A stretch of 64,000 nucleotides of DNA, from assembly GCA_018883075.1 (NCBI GenBank), contig VEQU01000002.1, forward strand, positions 8,911-72,910. Reading direction: 5' to 3'. Source of the stretch: Mycobacterium sp. (GTDB taxonomy: Bacteria; Actinomycetota; Actinomycetes; Mycobacteriales; Mycobacteriaceae). Every line of letters starts with the position of its first letter. Position 1 is the stretch's first letter. The notes under the pieces were generated by a model. That model worked only from the letters and a program-made list of their open reading frames with translations, made no database searches and was not told the origin of the DNA. Positions 1-10,496 of the stretch are shown here, one piece after another. Both the position numbers and the translations under genes were made by a program.

Positions 1-475
1 CCAGCGCCGACGTCGCCTCGGAGGTGGATGTGCCCGGCCCGAGGTCACGGGGCAGCAGCGACACCGTGTCGCCGACGGTGAGCACCTTTCCCAGCAGCGC
101 CTGGCGAAGTGTCGTCGACGTGACCGATTTCATCGCCAGCGCCGAGCCCCGCAGCGCCACCGACCGGGCTCCGTATACCGTCACCGCGGCCACCAGTACC
201 TCGGTGTCCTCTCGCAGTCCCGCATTCGACAGGGTGACGTCGTCGAGCAGGGCGGTGCCGGCCGGTGTCCCCGCCGGTGCCACTCCCGCCACGGCCGCGG
301 TGGTTCGCGTCCCGGTCAGCGACACCGCATCCCACTCCCGGATACCGAGAGCGGCGAGAGCCTCCGGATGCAGCCGCACCACGCCGCGGCGGGAGTCCAG
401 CGCGGCGGTGTTGAGCCGCGCGGTGAGCATCAGCGACGACGACGGCGGGGGTGAGTCGGACATCAGATCGGACAT
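1..475 (-). CDS. AAA-family ATPase (Rv0435c-like), N-terminal part; runs off window start
   Basis: My translation of the minus strand from ATG 475 (alternative 463): MSDLMSDSPPPSSSLMLTARLNTAALDSRRGVVRLHPEALAALGIREWDAVSLTG, matching the N-terminus of the mycobacterial AAA ATPase that follows pssA. Not in the ORF track because it is truncated. Confidence 0.85.
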   Translation of the reverse strand, partial: MSDLMSDSPPPSSSLMLTARLNTAALDSRRGVVRLHPEALAALGIREWDAVSLTGTRTTAAVAGVAPAGTPAGTALLDDVTLSNAGLREDTEVLVAAVTVYGARSVALRGSALAMKSVTSTTLRQALLGKVLTVGDTVSLLPRDLGPGTSTSEATSAL

Positions 476-482
476 CAGCGAC

Positions 483-1331
483 TCAGCCTCCCGGTTTGCG
501 TAGGCCGAGTCGCGCGGCAGAGCGCCGGTTGGGATGTTCGCCGCGGCGGATCGCACGACGCGCCGCGCGGCGTTGCCGCGAGTTGTCCAGTTCCGGATGC
601 GCGGCGGCCCACCGCTGGCTGCGGATGGTGAACGGCATGATCAGCAGATAACCCGCAATGATCAGCAGCACAAGGACATACGGGAACAGCAGCAGCCCTG
701 CGGCGGCGATCGCGACGATCACCAGCAGGATCGGTGCGGCGTTCGCGGGCACCGAGATGGACTTCAGCGCCAAGGTCGGCACGCGGCTCACCAGCAGTGC
801 CGAGTTGGCGGCCAGCCAGGCGCAGACGAACCCGGTGGAGGTCCACCAGCCCTGTCCGAACTGCAGCATCGCTGCCAGAGGTCCGATGGCCCCGACCGCA
901 CCGCACGGTGCGGGCATTCCGACGAAGTACTGCCGGGTGTATGCGGGGCCGGTGTCGTCGTCGAGCAGAGTGTTGAACCGTGCCAGTCGCAGCACGATGC
1001 AGACCGCGTACAGCAGAACGAACATCCATCCGATGGGTGATGTCGGCAGCAGGGTGATGTACACGATCAGAGCCGGTGCGACACCGAAGTTGACCGCATC
1101 GGCCAGCGAGTCGATCTCGGCGCCCATCGGGGACTGCGCGTGCAGTGCGCGGGCGATTCCGCCGTCGATGCCGTCGAGAACCGCTGCCGCGCCGATCAGG
1201 GCCAGCGCGACGTGCGGCCGTCCGTCCAGGGCGAACTTGATCGACGTCAGCCCCGCGCAGATCGCCAGCACGGTCGTCGCGCTGGGCAGGATGCGCAGGC
1301 CCCGCCGGGGGCCGGTCCGCGGTGTCGTCAC
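483..1331 (-). CDS. pssA: CDP-diacylglycerol--serine O-phosphatidyltransferase
   Basis: CDP-alcohol phosphotransferase motif DGIDGGIAR...[14 protein letters not shown]; 4-nt overlap with psd. Confidence 0.95.
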   Translation of the reverse strand: MTTPRTGPRRGLRILPSATTVLAICAGLTSIKFALDGRPHVALALIGAAAVLDGIDGGIARALHAQSPMGAEIDSLADAVNFGVAPALIVYITLLPTSPIGWMFVLLYAVCIVLRLARFNTLLDDDTGPAYTRQYFVGMPAPCGAVGAIGPLAAMLQFGQGWWTSTGFVCAWLAANSALLVSRVPTLALKSISVPANAAPILLVIVAIAAAGLLLFPYVLVLLIIAGYLLIMPFTIRSQRWAAAHPELDNSRQRRAARRAIRRGEHPNRRSAARLGLRKPGG

Positions 1332-2032
1332 GGCAGCCGCGCCAGAACGGTCTCACCGGCCAGTGCGCGCTGCCCGGGTTCGATGAGCACTTCGGAGCCC
1401 GTCGGCAGATAAGTGTCCAGCCGCGAGCCGTACCGGATGAGTCCGTAGGTCTGGCCGATGCCCACGGTTTCGCCGGCCCGGACATCGCAGACGATGCGCC
1501 GGGCGATGAGCCCGGCGATCTGAACGACGGCCACCTCGTGTCCTTCCGGCGTGCGGATCAGCACGCTGTTGCGCTCATTGTCCTCACTGGCCGCCGCCAG
1601 GTCGGCGGAATGAAAGCGGCCGGGCCGGTGCTCGACGGCCAGCACCTCGCCGCCCACGGGAATCCGCTGGACGTGGGCGTCCAGCAGGGACAGAAAGACA
1701 CTGATCCGCAGGACCGGCTCTGCCGTCCGGCCCAGTTCGGCCGGCAGGGGTGCGGTGTCGACCAGACACACCAGACCGTCGGCGGGGGAAACCACCAGCC
1801 CCGGCCGGCTCGGCGGCGTGCGCGGCGGATGGCGGAAGAAGGCCGCGTTGGCGCCGGCGGCGGCCACACCCGCCCGCCGCAGCCACGGGTGCCGGCGGCC
1901 GAGTGCGGCCAGCGCCAGGCCGGCGGCGATGAACGGGATTCCCGCGGGGTGGATCGGCGGGACCGCGGACCGGACCAGGGCGGCCAGGCGTTGCGGGTCG
2001 GACTGTGTGCCGGCGTCGGGACGTCTGGCCAT
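1328..2032 (-). CDS. psd: Phosphatidylserine decarboxylase proenzyme
   Basis: FFRHPPR, SPADG, and YGSRLD autocleavage motif; start MARRP at 2032 with TAGAAT -10 hexamer 7 nt upstream (leaderless). Confidence 0.95.
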   Translation of the reverse strand: MARRPDAGTQSDPQRLAALVRSAVPPIHPAGIPFIAAGLALAALGRRHPWLRRAGVAAAGANAAFFRHPPRTPPSRPGLVVSPADGLVCLVDTAPLPAELGRTAEPVLRISVFLSLLDAHVQRIPVGGEVLAVEHRPGRFHSADLAAASEDNERNSVLIRTPEGHEVAVVQIAGLIARRIVCDVRAGETVGIGQTYGLIRYGSRLDTYLPTGSEVLIEPGQRALAGETVLARLP

Positions 2033-2042
2033 TGGCGCGATT

Positions 2043-3251
2043 CTACGGCGCGTCGAGATCCCAGATGCCGACTTGTTCACCCGCCGCCAGTTCGGTCACG
2101 TCCTCACCGACCTCCAGCAGGCAGTTGGCCGATGCCAGCCAGCGCAGGTGGTGCGACGCCGGCGGCCCGTAGCTGGTGACGCCGCCGGTGGCCGGGTCAT
2201 AGACGCCCCGGCGGAACTGGCGCTTACCGCGCGGTGAGGTGATCGCCTCGGCCAGCACGGCCGTGCGCCTCGGCCGGTGCGGGCGGGCCAGCGCCGCGGC
2301 CGCACGTAGCGCGGGCCGCACGAACACCTCGAAGGACACCAGCGCGCTGACCGGGTTGCCCGGCAGTGCGATCAGCGCGCGCTCGTCGGCCAGCGTGCCC
2401 GACCCCTGCGGCATACCGGGTTGCATCGCGACCTTGACGAACTCGACCGCGCTGTCGCGGCCGAAGGCGTCCTTGACCACCTCGTAGGCACCGGCGCTCA
2501 CACCGCCGGAGGTGAGCACGACATCGCTGTCGCCGGCGTTCGCGTCGACTGCGGCGCGAAACGCGGCCACGTCGTCGCCGCAGGTTGCCACCGCCACCAC
2601 CTCGGCGCCGGCCTCGCGGACCGCCGCGGCGAGCATCACCGCGTTGGACTCGTAGATCTGACCCGGTTGCAGCGGTGTTCCGGGCGCCACCAGTTCCGAA
2701 CCGGTGGAGATCACCACCACCCGCGGGCGCGGCGTCACGATCAGTTCGCGCAGGCCGAGCGCGGCGGCCAGGCCGAGTGCCGCCGGGGTGAGCGTCTGAC
2801 CGGCCGTCAGCACCGTGGTGCCGGCGGTGACGTCCTCGCCTGCACGTCTGATGTGCTGACCGGCTCGGGCCGTCGACCGGATGACCACCGACTCGGTACC
2901 GGCATCTGTCTGCTCCACCGGCACCACGGCATCGGCCCCGGCCGGCACCGGCGCACCGGTCATGATCCGGTGGGCGGTGCCGGCCGCGAGGGTGAGCCGG
3001 TCGGTGCGCCCCGCCGGAATGTCCTCAGCGACAGGAAGTGTCACCGGTTCGCCGGTGCCGGCCGCGGCGATGTCACCGGAACGCAACGCGTAGCCGTCCA
3101 TCGCGGAGTTGTCGAACACGGGCAGTGACAGCGGCGCCACGACGTCGGCGGCGAGCACCAGGCCGCCGGCACCGGCGGTGTTCACCGTCACGGGTTCCCG
3201 TGTGCGGATCAGCCCGGCGACCACCCGCTGATGTTCATCGACGCTGCGCAT
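2043..3251 (-). CDS. moeA: Molybdopterin molybdenumtransferase MoeA
   Basis: MRSVDEHQ start, [33 protein letters not shown] motifs. Confidence 0.95.
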   Translation of the reverse strand: MRSVDEHQRVVAGLIRTREPVTVNTAGAGGLVLAADVVAPLSLPVFDNSAMDGYALRSGDIAAAGTGEPVTLPVAEDIPAGRTDRLTLAAGTAHRIMTGAPVPAGADAVVPVEQTDAGTESVVIRSTARAGQHIRRAGEDVTAGTTVLTAGQTLTPAALGLAAALGLRELIVTPRPRVVVISTGSELVAPGTPLQPGQIYESNAVMLAAAVREAGAEVVAVATCGDDVAAFRAAVDANAGDSDVVLTSGGVSAGAYEVVKDAFGRDSAVEFVKVAMQPGMPQGSGTLADERALIALPGNPVSALVSFEVFVRPALRAAAALARPHRPRRTAVLAEAITSPRGKRQFRRGVYDPATGGVTSYGPPASHHLRWLASANCLLEVGEDVTELAAGEQVGIWDLDAP

Positions 3252-3259
3252 CGTGTGCG

Positions 3260-4180
3260 TCAGACCGGATAGCTGACGCCGGTCAACTCCTCGGAGACCT
3301 GCCACAGCCGCTGCTGCGTCGCGACATCGTGGGACTGCTTGTTGGAGGTCACCAGCACGGGATAGCCGCGCAGTTCGCGGAACCCGTCGGGACCCCAGTA
3401 CTGTCCGCCCTGCACCGACGGGTCGGTGGCCGCCCGCAGCGTGGCAAGCGCACCCAGTTCCGAGGTGTTCAACAGCTTGCCGGACAGCCAGCTGACGCCG
3501 GGCAGGCTCGCGCCCGGCACGTGCCGAACCAGTTCGGTGGCCGCCACGCCCGGGTGTGCCGCCACCGCGATGGTCTTGGCCTTCGCCGCGGCCAGACGGC
3601 GCTGTAGCTCGTAGGTGAACATCAGGTTCGCCAGCTTCGACTGCCCGTAGGACGCCACCCGGTCGTAGCGGCGCGTATCCCATTGCAAGTCGTCGAAGTC
3701 GATCTTCGCGCGGATGTTGTGGGCGATGCTGGCCACGACCACCACTCGGGAACCGTCCACCGGCAGCAGGTTGGGCAGCAGCAGACCGGTGAGTGCGAAG
3801 TGACCGAGATGGTTGGTGCCGAACTGCAACTCGAATCCGTCGCTGGTGTTCTGCTTCGGCGGGTACATCACACCCGCGTTGTTGATGAGCAGGTCGATCC
3901 GCGGGTAGTCCGCCGCCAATTCGGCGGCTGCCTGCCGGACTGACGCCAGCGATCCCAGGTCGAGCCTGTGCACGGCGATGTCGGCGCCGGGGGTGATGCT
4001 GCGGATCTTGGCGGCCGCGGCCTCGCCCTTGGCGGTGTCGCGCACCGCCATCACGACCTTCGCCCCCCGGCCCGCGAGCGCGCGGGCGTTGTCGTATCCC
4101 AGGCCGGTGTTGGATCCGGTGATGATCGCCACCCGCCCGGTCTGGTCGGGCACGTCGTTCTCAGTCCAGCGCTGCGTCAT
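3260..4180 (-). CDS. SDR-family NAD(P)-dependent oxidoreductase (Rv0439c-like)
   Basis: [17 protein letters not shown] catalytic motif. Confidence 0.92.
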   Translation of the reverse strand: MTQRWTENDVPDQTGRVAIITGSNTGLGYDNARALAGRGAKVVMAVRDTAKGEAAAAKIRSITPGADIAVHRLDLGSLASVRQAAAELAADYPRIDLLINNAGVMYPPKQNTSDGFELQFGTNHLGHFALTGLLLPNLLPVDGSRVVVVASIAHNIRAKIDFDDLQWDTRRYDRVASYGQSKLANLMFTYELQRRLAAAKAKTIAVAAHPGVAATELVRHVPGASLPGVSWLSGKLLNTSELGALATLRAATDPSVQGGQYWGPDGFRELRGYPVLVTSNKQSHDVATQQRLWQVSEELTGVSYPV

Positions 4181-4226
4181 GACTAGAAGATACTGCCCGT
4201 GAGTTGCGGGGCGTCACGGTGCGGCG

Positions 4227-5381
4227 TCACGGGCCTTCGGCGGCCGGGCGCAGTCGAGTCCTGGGCTGGACCACTTCGGAGAGGTTGTCGGGCCGCACAC
4301 CCCACCGGTCGCCTCCCTTGAGCGCGATCGCCCACTCGCGCCTGATCCGGACCAGCGACACCGCGACGGCCCCGGCTACCAACATCATCGCCACGGTGAC
4401 CACGACGGGCGTCAGCGTCGGGTCCCCGTCGATGAGGTAGGCCGCCGCCGCGGTGACTGCGAACACGACCGTCGCACCGAGGGCGGTGCGTAAGGCTCCG
4501 TAGCGGACGGTCTCGCCGATCATCAGGCCGATGACGATCAGCGGTTCGATCGGATACGCGGCAACAGCCGCCGCGCCGGGGATGCCCAGATACGTCGCCC
4601 AGAACAGGCCGAACCAGGAGGCGATCGATCCCACCGCGAGCAGCGTGTAGAAACGCTCCTTGCGGGCCAGGCCGAGCGAGTCGGCGATCGTTCGGTAGAT
4701 GATCGACCCCACGACGGTGAACACGACCACCACCAGGATGGACTCAACGGTGGCGATGTTGAGCAGGTAGAGGCCGCCGATGATCCCGGCGGTGCCCCAC
4801 TGCGGCCCCATCCGCATGGCCACAGCGGTGCCCACGCAGATCAGCGCGAGTATCGGATCGCGCAGCGGGCTCTCGGTGACGATGAGCTGTTCGCCGCCGA
4901 AGGTGTTGGTCACATAACGCAACGGGATGATCACCGCGAGCGTAATACCGGTGACCATCGCCGCCGCGGCGAAGGTGCGCACTACGCCCTGCCGCAGGGC
5001 GTCGTAGGCGGTCAGCCCCGAACACACGTACACCCCGGCGGTCAGGAACAGACCCAGCCCGGCGCCGTCGAACCCGGGAACCGAACTCACCTCGATCCCG
5101 ATGACGTGGATGGCCGTCGCGACGAAGATGCCGATATAGAACAGCCAGGACCGCGGCAGCGGCCAGCGCGCGGCGAGGAGTTTGATCACGCCGAGAGCCG
5201 CCAGGGTGATCACCGCCCAGCCGAGGATGTCCCACCACCGCCCGGTCATGACCAGCAGTGTGAGGAAGGGAGTGGTGACGACGCCCCCGCTGGAAACGCG
5301 GGTGAAGTGGTACGCCAGCCCGCCGATGACGATCCCGATGACCAGTGTCGCCCTGACGACCTCGACTTCCAGACCGACCAT
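4227..5381 (-). CDS. Poly-gamma-glutamate biosynthesis CapC/PgsC-like membrane protein with two tandem CapC-like halves
   Basis: Multi-TM 384 aa. Both halves resemble CapC: 'GGVVTTPFL...VCSGLTAYDALRQGVVRT' and 'AGIIGGLYL...RKERFYTLL...IVIGLMIGETVRYGALRT'. Starts 3 nt after the capB-like gene. Confidence 0.75.
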   Translation of the reverse strand: MVGLEVEVVRATLVIGIVIGGLAYHFTRVSSGGVVTTPFLTLLVMTGRWWDILGWAVITLAALGVIKLLAARWPLPRSWLFYIGIFVATAIHVIGIEVSSVPGFDGAGLGLFLTAGVYVCSGLTAYDALRQGVVRTFAAAAMVTGITLAVIIPLRYVTNTFGGEQLIVTESPLRDPILALICVGTAVAMRMGPQWGTAGIIGGLYLLNIATVESILVVVVFTVVGSIIYRTIADSLGLARKERFYTLLAVGSIASWFGLFWATYLGIPGAAAVAAYPIEPLIVIGLMIGETVRYGALRTALGATVVFAVTAAAAYLIDGDPTLTPVVVTVAMMLVAGAVAVSLVRIRREWAIALKGGDRWGVRPDNLSEVVQPRTRLRPAAEGP

Positions 5382-5384
5382 GGT

Positions 5385-6626
5385 TCAGTCCGCGAACTCC
5401 AGTAATTGCGGCCTACCCACCCGGCCGAAGGTCTGGCGCAGCCGGTCGGTGTGCGGGTCGTGGGTGTTCTCCACGATCACCAGCACGAAACGTCCGCTCT
5501 CCGGTGTGCCGAGCAATACGGTGAGCAGCCGCGCGAGCCGGTCGGGGTCGCCCGCCAGAGCGCGGGTGAGCCGAAAGACCTTGGTGTGCCGGTACTCCCG
5601 GCGGACGTCGGACAGTTCCTCGGGCTTGAGGCGCTTGACCCATTCGAACAATGATCCGGAGACGCCCGCCACCGGGAAGCGTCCCAGCACCGCACCGGCG
5701 AACACCACCGCCCGCAGCGGACGGTCCCACCGGTTGGCCAGGATCGGCACCACCACTTCGTTGTCCAGCGGCCACTGCGCCAGGGCCTCGGCGGCAGACT
5801 GCGGGTCGTTGGCGGCGCCGATGTCGACCAAACCCAGTTCGACGCCGGCGGATGTCTGCGTCGAGTAGTAGCTCAACACGTGCGGTTCGGCGCTGGCGGC
5901 CAGCAGGCCCGCACACGCCTGCTCGTCGGACAGGCCGAGCTTGATCAGAACCTGGCGGGCCACTTCGACGTTGGTCGGATGGTGACCGATCACGAGCGGT
6001 GTGTCGGGCCGCGGTTTCGCCAGAATGAATTCCACACCCTTGGCCTCACACCACTGCCGGTAGGCGGTCTGCAGCTCCGGCTGGTCGACCCCGGCGACCA
6101 CGCAGTCGCAGTCATCGATCGCGTCGAAGATGTTCATCCCGATCTCGAGTTCGGTGAGACCCTCGTCCTCGAGGTGGTCGAGCCGGATGGTCGGAATCAC
6201 CACGATCCGGGCCTGCACGTACTTCGCCTGCACGACGTGGATCAGTTCCGGCGAGATCGCCATGCATTCGAAGACGCCGTACTCGGCACCCGAGGCGGCC
6301 GCCCGGACGACGGCCTGCGGCAGCTCGCTGATGCCCGGGGCGCCGATCCGTAGGGTGTCGACCTCGGAGCCGTCGGGCAGGATCTCCAGCGCGATGGTGC
6401 CGGTCACCTTCCCGTAGGCCGTCCTGCCGTTGTGGCGCAGCCCGGAGTGGATCAGCCGCACCGTGCCGGACTTTCCGCGCGAGCCGGTCACCAGGATGCG
6501 ATCTTGGAAGGGCTCCCGGGCCTTGCGGACCCGGACGGCCTGTCTCACCAACAGGACCCCGTACAGGCTCACCGCGAAGAATGAGGCCCACCCGGGTATC
6601 CAGGTCGAGAAATCCACTGACCCCAT
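5385..6626 (-). CDS. CapB/PgsB-like poly-gamma-glutamate synthase (Mur/FolC amide ligase family)
   Basis: N-terminal TM helix, P-loop RILVTGSRGKSGTVRL, GKVTGT, ECMAISPE, IRLDHLE, GAANDPQS, NRWDRPLR; same motif order as Bacillus CapB/PgsB (GIRGKS, GKTTGT, ECMAV, DHMD, FAAND, RxDRxxR). Confidence 0.82.
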   Translation of the reverse strand: MGSVDFSTWIPGWASFFAVSLYGVLLVRQAVRVRKAREPFQDRILVTGSRGKSGTVRLIHSGLRHNGRTAYGKVTGTIALEILPDGSEVDTLRIGAPGISELPQAVVRAAASGAEYGVFECMAISPELIHVVQAKYVQARIVVIPTIRLDHLEDEGLTELEIGMNIFDAIDDCDCVVAGVDQPELQTAYRQWCEAKGVEFILAKPRPDTPLVIGHHPTNVEVARQVLIKLGLSDEQACAGLLAASAEPHVLSYYSTQTSAGVELGLVDIGAANDPQSAAEALAQWPLDNEVVVPILANRWDRPLRAVVFAGAVLGRFPVAGVSGSLFEWVKRLKPEELSDVRREYRHTKVFRLTRALAGDPDRLARLLTVLLGTPESGRFVLVIVENTHDPHTDRLRQTFGRVGRPQLLEFAD

Positions 6627-6694
6627 GACGCCACCCCTCGCGTCGAGTATGAGCCGATGCCCCGTCCGGCGAGGGGGAATGGCCGGAAAACCGG

Positions 6695-8410
6695 CTAGAC
6701 CTGCAGCGAACGCACCGCGCCGATGCGCTCCTGCAACTGCTCGCCGTTGGCGGCCGCCACCGGTGGCCCGCCGCAGATCCGGCGCAGTTCATTGTGGATC
6801 CAGCCGTGCGGCCTGCCGGTGCGGTGATGGGTGGCGGCCACCAGTGCGTTGAGTTCGCGGCGGAGTTCGGTGAGCCGGCCGTGGGTGGTCCGGGGCACCG
6901 TCTCGGCGCCCACCGAGGTTCGCATGGCGCGTTGCTCGTCTTGGCGGCGCCGCAGCAACTCACGCATCTGAGTGGCGTCGAGCAGGCCGGGGATACCGAG
7001 GTAGTCGGCCTCCTCGTCGCTGCCCGCGGGGGCCGCGGTTCCGAACGATGCCCCGTCGAAGATCAGCTGGTCCAATTCGGCGTCCGCGCCCAGTGATTCG
7101 AAGCCGGCGTCCGGGTCGGCCGGCTCGGTGCGTCGCGGTTCGATCGGTGCGTCGTCGTACAACGTCTCCCGGTGCGGCTTGCCGAGCACGTGATTGCGTT
7201 GCGCCTCGAGCTCGCTGGCCAGCTGCAGCAGGGACGGAACCGACGGCAGGAAGATGCTGGCCGTCTCGCCGGGCCGGCGCGACCGCACGAACCGGCCCAC
7301 CGCCTGGGCGAAGTACAGCGGTGTCGACGCGCTGGTGGCGTAGACGCCCACCGCGAGCCGCGGGATGTCCACACCTTCGGAGACCATGCGAACCGCGACC
7401 AGCCAACCGCTTGTGGCGCAGGCGAATTCACTGATCCGCGCCGATGACCCCGGATCATCGGAGAGCACCAGCGTCGGCGTCTCGCCGGTGATCGAGGACA
7501 GCAGCCGGGCGTAGGCGCGGGCCGTTTTCTGATCGGATGCGATCACCATCCCGCCGGCGTCGGGCATGCCCCCGTCGCGCAACTGGCGCAGCCGGGTGTC
7601 GGCGGCCCGGATCACCGCCGGCATCCATTCGCCGGCCGGGTCCAGCGCGGTGCGCCAGGCCCGCGCGGTGTGCTCGGCGGTGAGCGGCTCACCGAGCCGG
7701 GCGGCATGTTCCTCGCCGGCGCTGGTCCGCCAGCGCGCCTCACCGGAGTAGGCGAGGAAGACCACGGGACGCACCACGCCGTCGGCCAGGGCGTCGGCGT
7801 AGCCGTAGGTGTGGTCGGCTTTCGAACGCAGCAGGCCCGGGCCCTCGGGCACGTACTCGACGAATGGGATCGCGCTGTCGTCGCTGCGGAAGGGGGTGCC
7901 GGTCAGCGCCAGGCGCCGGGTGGCGTCTGAGAACGCCTCGGTGATCCCGTCGCCCCAACTGTTGGCGTCCCCGCCGTGGTGGATCTCGTCGAAGATCACC
8001 AGCGTGCGCCTGTTCTCGGTGCGCACCCGGTGGCGCATCGGATGGCTGGCCACCTGGGCGTAGGTCACCACCACCCCGTGGTAGTCCTGCGAGGTCAACG
8101 CCGCGGAGTTGGAGAACCGGGGGTCCAGTGCGATCCCCGCGGCGGCGGCGGCCTGCGCCCACTGGGTCTTGAGGTGGTCGGTGGGCACCACCACGGTGAC
8201 CCGCTCCACGGTGCCGTCGGCGAGCAGTTCACCGGCGATACGCAGGGCGAATGCGGTCTTGCCGGCGCCCGGGGTGGCCACCAGCAGGAAGTCGCGGGGC
8301 CGGGCGGTGAGATAGCGGACCAGTGCTCGTCGCTGCCAGCCGCGCAGCGCCTGGGTGTCGGGCGCCTGGGTGTCGGGCGCCTGGGTGTCGGGCGTATCGA
8401 CAGCCCGCAC
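6695..8410 (-). CDS. DEAD/DEAH-box superfamily II helicase (Rv2917-like)
   Basis: ATPGAGKT, DEIHH, LTGTPFRSD, MVSEGVDIPRL, QAVGRFVR; GTG start at 8410 with GGAGG RBS. Confidence 0.9.
   Translation of the reverse strand: MRAVDTPDTQAPDTQAPDTQALRGWQRRALVRYLTARPRDFLLVATPGAGKTAFALRIAGELLADGTVERVTVVVPTDHLKTQWAQAAAAAGIALDPRFSNSAALTSQDYHGVVVTYAQVASHPMRHRVRTENRRTLVIFDEIHHGGDANSWGDGITEAFSDATRRLALTGTPFRSDDSAIPFVEYVPEGPGLLRSKADHTYGYADALADGVVRPVVFLAYSGEARWRTSAGEEHAARLGEPLTAEHTARAWRTALDPAGEWMPAVIRAADTRLRQLRDGGMPDAGGMVIASDQKTARAYARLLSSITGETPTLVLSDDPGSSARISEFACATSGWLVAVRMVSEGVDIPRLAVGVYATSASTPLYFAQAVGRFVRSRRPGETASIFLPSVPSLLQLASELEAQRNHVLGKPHRETLYDDAPIEPRRTEPADPDAGFESLGADAELDQLIFDGASFGTAAPAGSDEEADYLGIPGLLDATQMRELLRRRQDEQRAMRTSVGAETVPRTTHGRLTELRRELNALVAATHHRTGRPHGWIHNELRRICGGPPVAAANGEQLQERIGAVRSLQV
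8347..8394. repeat. 15-bp tandem repeat x3 (encodes PDTQA x3 at helicase N-terminus)
   Basis: GCGCCTGGGTGTCGG at 8347, 8362, 8377. Confidence 0.95.
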
Positions 8411-8493
8411 CCGTACCTCCGTTGTGTGAATGGGTCCCTCAGAACAGAGATCGGACTCTAACCGACCGGAGAGGGGGTCGGCGGCGGCCGTGA

Positions 8494-10320
<1,827 letters not shown>

Positions 10321-10354
10321 GTCTTCTAGGTCCCCGCTTCGAGGTCCCCACAAC

Positions 10355-10392
10355 GGAGATGCCCGGCCCCTGACAAGGGGCCGGGCATCTCC
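10355..10392 (+). terminator. Intrinsic terminator hairpin after groEL2
   Basis: 17-bp stem GGAGATGCCCGGCCCCT / AGGGGCCGGGCATCTCC, loop GACA, between convergent genes. Confidence 0.85.
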
Positions 10393-10410
10393 CCGTTTGC
10401 GGGCCGGCTG

Positions 10411-10474
10411 GCGTCGACAGTGCGGTTTTTCACCGGACACGCCGGGCGTGCGTCGGAATCGGCACACTCGGCGC
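10411..10474. repeat. REP-like palindromic element (mycobacterial CGCCGAGTGT...ACACTCGGCG type)
   Basis: Imperfect terminal IR GCGTCGACAGTGC...GCACACTCGGCGC enclosing inner palindrome CACGCC-G-GGCGTG. Confidence 0.55.
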
Positions 10475-10496
10475 GGGCCGTCGGGCCCGGGGTCGG

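Noticed and set aside
2033-2045. Many TANNNT boxes 6-7 nt before start codons (psd, SDRs, deacylase, dinB, lpdC)
   Set aside because: Leaderless transcription is a well-known general property of mycobacteria
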